From: Octopus sinensis
Taxonomy: Eukaryota
Assembly (NCBI RefSeq): GCF_006345805.1
Contig: NC_043006.1
Coordinates: 56,854,001 to 56,918,000, forward strand
Length of the DNA: 64,000 nucleotides
Direction of reading: 5' to 3'
The notes beneath the pieces were generated by a model. It did not search any database. It saw only the letters and a program-made list of their open reading frames with translations, and was not told where the DNA came from. The position numbers and the translations under genes are program-made. Shown here piece after piece: positions 61,102 through 64,000 of the stretch. Position 1 is the stretch's first letter. Every line of letters starts with the position of its first letter.

Positions 61102-61526
61102 TGGCTATGGCGATGGCGATGTAATATTTGTTTCTCTCTATGACGCTCATAAAAGCATTGATGTACATGTGTGCGTGCGTGAGTGTGTGTGTGTCATTCC
61201 TCACACACACGCATACACATACATATATGACAGTGGCAAACACAAACGTTTCAAACAACTACATACAAACACGTGTGTGTTTGTTATTAGTAAAAAAAGG
61301 CGCCAAAACACAACTCACTTATCATTCCAACACATTTGCAAAGACACACGGACGGTCGAATAACAATACAGAAAAGGTAAATTGGTTTTTATTTTACTCT
61401 GTATATATTTTATTATATAATATTATATATAGATATATGTATATATAATTGCAGTATGAAACAGTGTGTATGTATAAACAGACGACACTTATATATAGTT
61501 ATTAATAAATGTATGCATCCGTTTAA

Positions 61527-62347
61527 CCCTTTCGTTACCAAACCGCCCGAAAAAAATTTTGGTTAATGTGACCAAGCCGCCCGAATTTACCTATTCATAT
61601 TTAAATGAGAATATCAGAGTAAATCTCTTTAGAACATTCGTGAAAACACTTATTATACTTCGTAAACAGTTCAACTACAGTTTTGTACAAAAATGGAAGT
61701 GTAATTTTAATTCCGTGAATTATGGGAGATTTTTTTCCGAAATTTGTTCCTATTGTGTTTTCAAAATTTGTAATTCTGACAAAAAATGGATACGAATTTC
61801 ATTATATCAAGCAGCGAGTCAGAATTCGAAGGATTTTCTACTGAAGACCTTCATAAATCTAACTCTATGACTGAAAAAAAAAGCATGTGGTATTGATCTC
61901 AACCTAAACAAAGCGAAAGAAACGATAGTTTGTTATTTCCCACAACCTTAAATGAAATTAAGGCCTATTTTGCCATAAATATTATTATGGGTATTAGAAA
62001 GTTACCCAGAATAACAAATTCTATCGTAAAATTTTGTTGTATACCCAATTGAATATTAGCTAATAACCCATTTTCTATAGCGATGTTTGAACAAAATTTT
62101 AATAATTTTATATATTGTTGAATTTACCTGTATCTACCTGCAATTAGAGTCACTTTGTGACAAAAATTATAGTATAGAATTGGTTGAGAACATTTCACTA
62201 AATTATCTTCCAAAAATCAGATTAATATATTCATAAATAAAAAAGTTATAGTTGTTTAATGAAACCAGACTAAATTTATGATTACGTTAGAAATTAATTG
62301 AAACACATAAGGGGTGTATTTTGGTCAGAAATATAGTAACGAAAGGG
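61527..62347 (+). mobile_element. piggyBac-derived non-autonomous element
   Basis: TTAA|CCCTTTCGTTAC ... GTAACGAAAGGG|TTAA. Remnant PTTLNEIKAYFAINIIMGIRKLP. The empty site is at ~63788 in the paralogous unit. Confidence 0.9.
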
Positions 62348-62853
62348 TTAAGAAAAACCAAAAATATTTTATTCTTTGTAAATGTTGTGTTCAAAATAAC
62401 ATTTTCTTTTAAGAATGTGTATATAACAAAGTATGTGTATATAACTACGTGGCTTATATCTTTATATATAAGAGTGAAGTTGTGTGTCTGTCTCCTACGA
62501 TTTAGATTCGTAACCACTCCCACATTTTGCGGTGTAGTTTAACCAAAAGCGGGTATCTTATAGTCGTGATTCATATCGAGCCCTTCTGGGTATTAGCGCG
62601 CGTCTACGATGAGTCTACGATTTTAAAAAATTTACCATCATATTTTTCCATTTTAATGCATATTTTTCGTTATTATATAAGGGAAGTAACTCTCTAAAAA
62701 TATCTACGATGTGTCAACGATTTAAAAAAAATTAACTTAATTTTTTTTCAATTTTTAATGCATTTTTTGGCTATTTTTTGGCTATAACTCTCTAAAAATG
62801 CTTATATAGTTATTTCCCTTACAAACCCGAGCAACGCCGGGCGATACTGCTAG

Positions 62854-64000
62854 TCTTATTATAAAAGGCAGATTTTATCTGCCTCCCTTTGTCTCTTATA
62901 GAAATCTACAATATAGGATTTCTTCAATTACAATTTACCTAGCATTTTTAAGAGTAGAATGCATCGGGTCGTGCCAGGTCCAGTTTTTAAAATTTCAACC
63001 CCAATTAAGCAAAATTTAGAGAAAACTCACATTGTGGTGTGTGAGTCAAGTGCTTTTCTTAGTGTGGGCTATAGCACACGCACACACACACACACACACA
63101 AAAAGGGAGCGATCTGATTCACTCACGCTATCACTCTAATTTCTACGACTTTCTCTTTGCAAGTTTGCAACGATTAAAGTGAAACTATTTCGATAAAACG
63201 AGAGAAGTGTACCTTAAACCACCACTAAAAAAAACACACACAGCAAACAGAAACAAATAAATACATAACGATTTACTCCTCGCACAATTTCTTCAATTAG
63301 AGTTTACCCATGATTTTTCAAAGTACTTCCATTGGGTCATGCCATACAAAATTTCTTTCAATTTTACCCCCAATTAAGACAAAATTCGAGAAAACTCAAT
63401 ATTTTAACATTTCACTCCGAAAGCATTGATGTACATGTGTGCGTGCGTGAGTGTGTGTGTGTCATTCCTCACACACACGCATACACATACATATATGACA
63501 GTGACAAACACAAACGTTTCAAACAACTACATACAAACACGTGTGTGTTTGTTATTAGTAAAAAAGGCGCCAAAACACAACTCACTTCTCATTCCAACAC
63601 ATTTGCAAAGACACACGGACGGTCGAATTGCTATAACAATACAGAAAAGGTAAATTGGTTTTTATTTTACTTTTTGTCGTTAAATTTTGGTAGTATTAAT
63701 TGGCGAGCCGAGCTTGCAGTATGAAACAGTGTTTATGTATAAACAGACCTCACTTATATATAGTTACTAATAAATGTATGCATCCGTTTAAAAGAAAAAC
63801 CAAAAAATATTTTATTCTTTATAAATGTTGTGTTCAAAATAACATTTTCTTTTAAGAATGTGTATATAACAAAGTATGTGTATATAACTATGTGGCTTAT
63901 ATCTTTATATATAAAAGTGAAGTTGTGTGTCTGTCTCCTACGATTTAGATTCCTGACTACTCCCACATTTTGCGGTGCAGTGTAACCAAAACCGGGTATA
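62854..64000 (+). mobile_element. Composite Helitron, unit 2, head-to-tail with unit 1 and running off the window
   Basis: CTAG|TCTTATTATAAAAGGCAG junction; module B restarts at 63902. Confidence 0.85.

Larger units (their letters stand above)
60717..62853 (+). mobile_element. Composite non-autonomous Helitron, unit 1 (module A 60717-62458 plus module B 62459-62853)
   Basis: A|TCTCTTATTATAAAAGGCAG 5' end, a second TC start at 62459, and hairpin plus CTAG at 62850-53. Confidence 0.85.

Overview
This is AT-rich, repeat-saturated animal (eukaryotic) DNA. The SINE families and repeat landscape look like octopus or another coleoid cephalopod; that is pattern recognition, not a database match. There is no intact host gene, only one candidate 73-bp internal exon near 56.6 kb. 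Most ORFs in the supplied track are translations of microsatellites. The window is a mosaic of decayed LINEs (CR1-type, RTE, L1/Tx1, R4/NeSL-type RLE), at least four tRNA-headed SINE families, many Helitrons (PIF1-helicase remnants and non-autonomous TC...CTAG elements, some head-to-tail), mariner, hAT and piggyBac derivatives, and Penelope-like element (PLE) remnants. Most notable: (i) eight type-I hammerhead ribozyme motifs in unrelated sequence contexts, one downstream of a PLE GIY-YIG ORF; (ii) a group of non-coding elements with 730-860-bp direct-repeat periods that carry the hammerhead core boxes in permuted order (GAAA-N24/25-CTGANGA), which may be retrozyme-like; (iii) many fold-back palindromes tied to microsatellites; (iv) one 28-nt Helitron 3' terminator on six elements with mostly different bodies.
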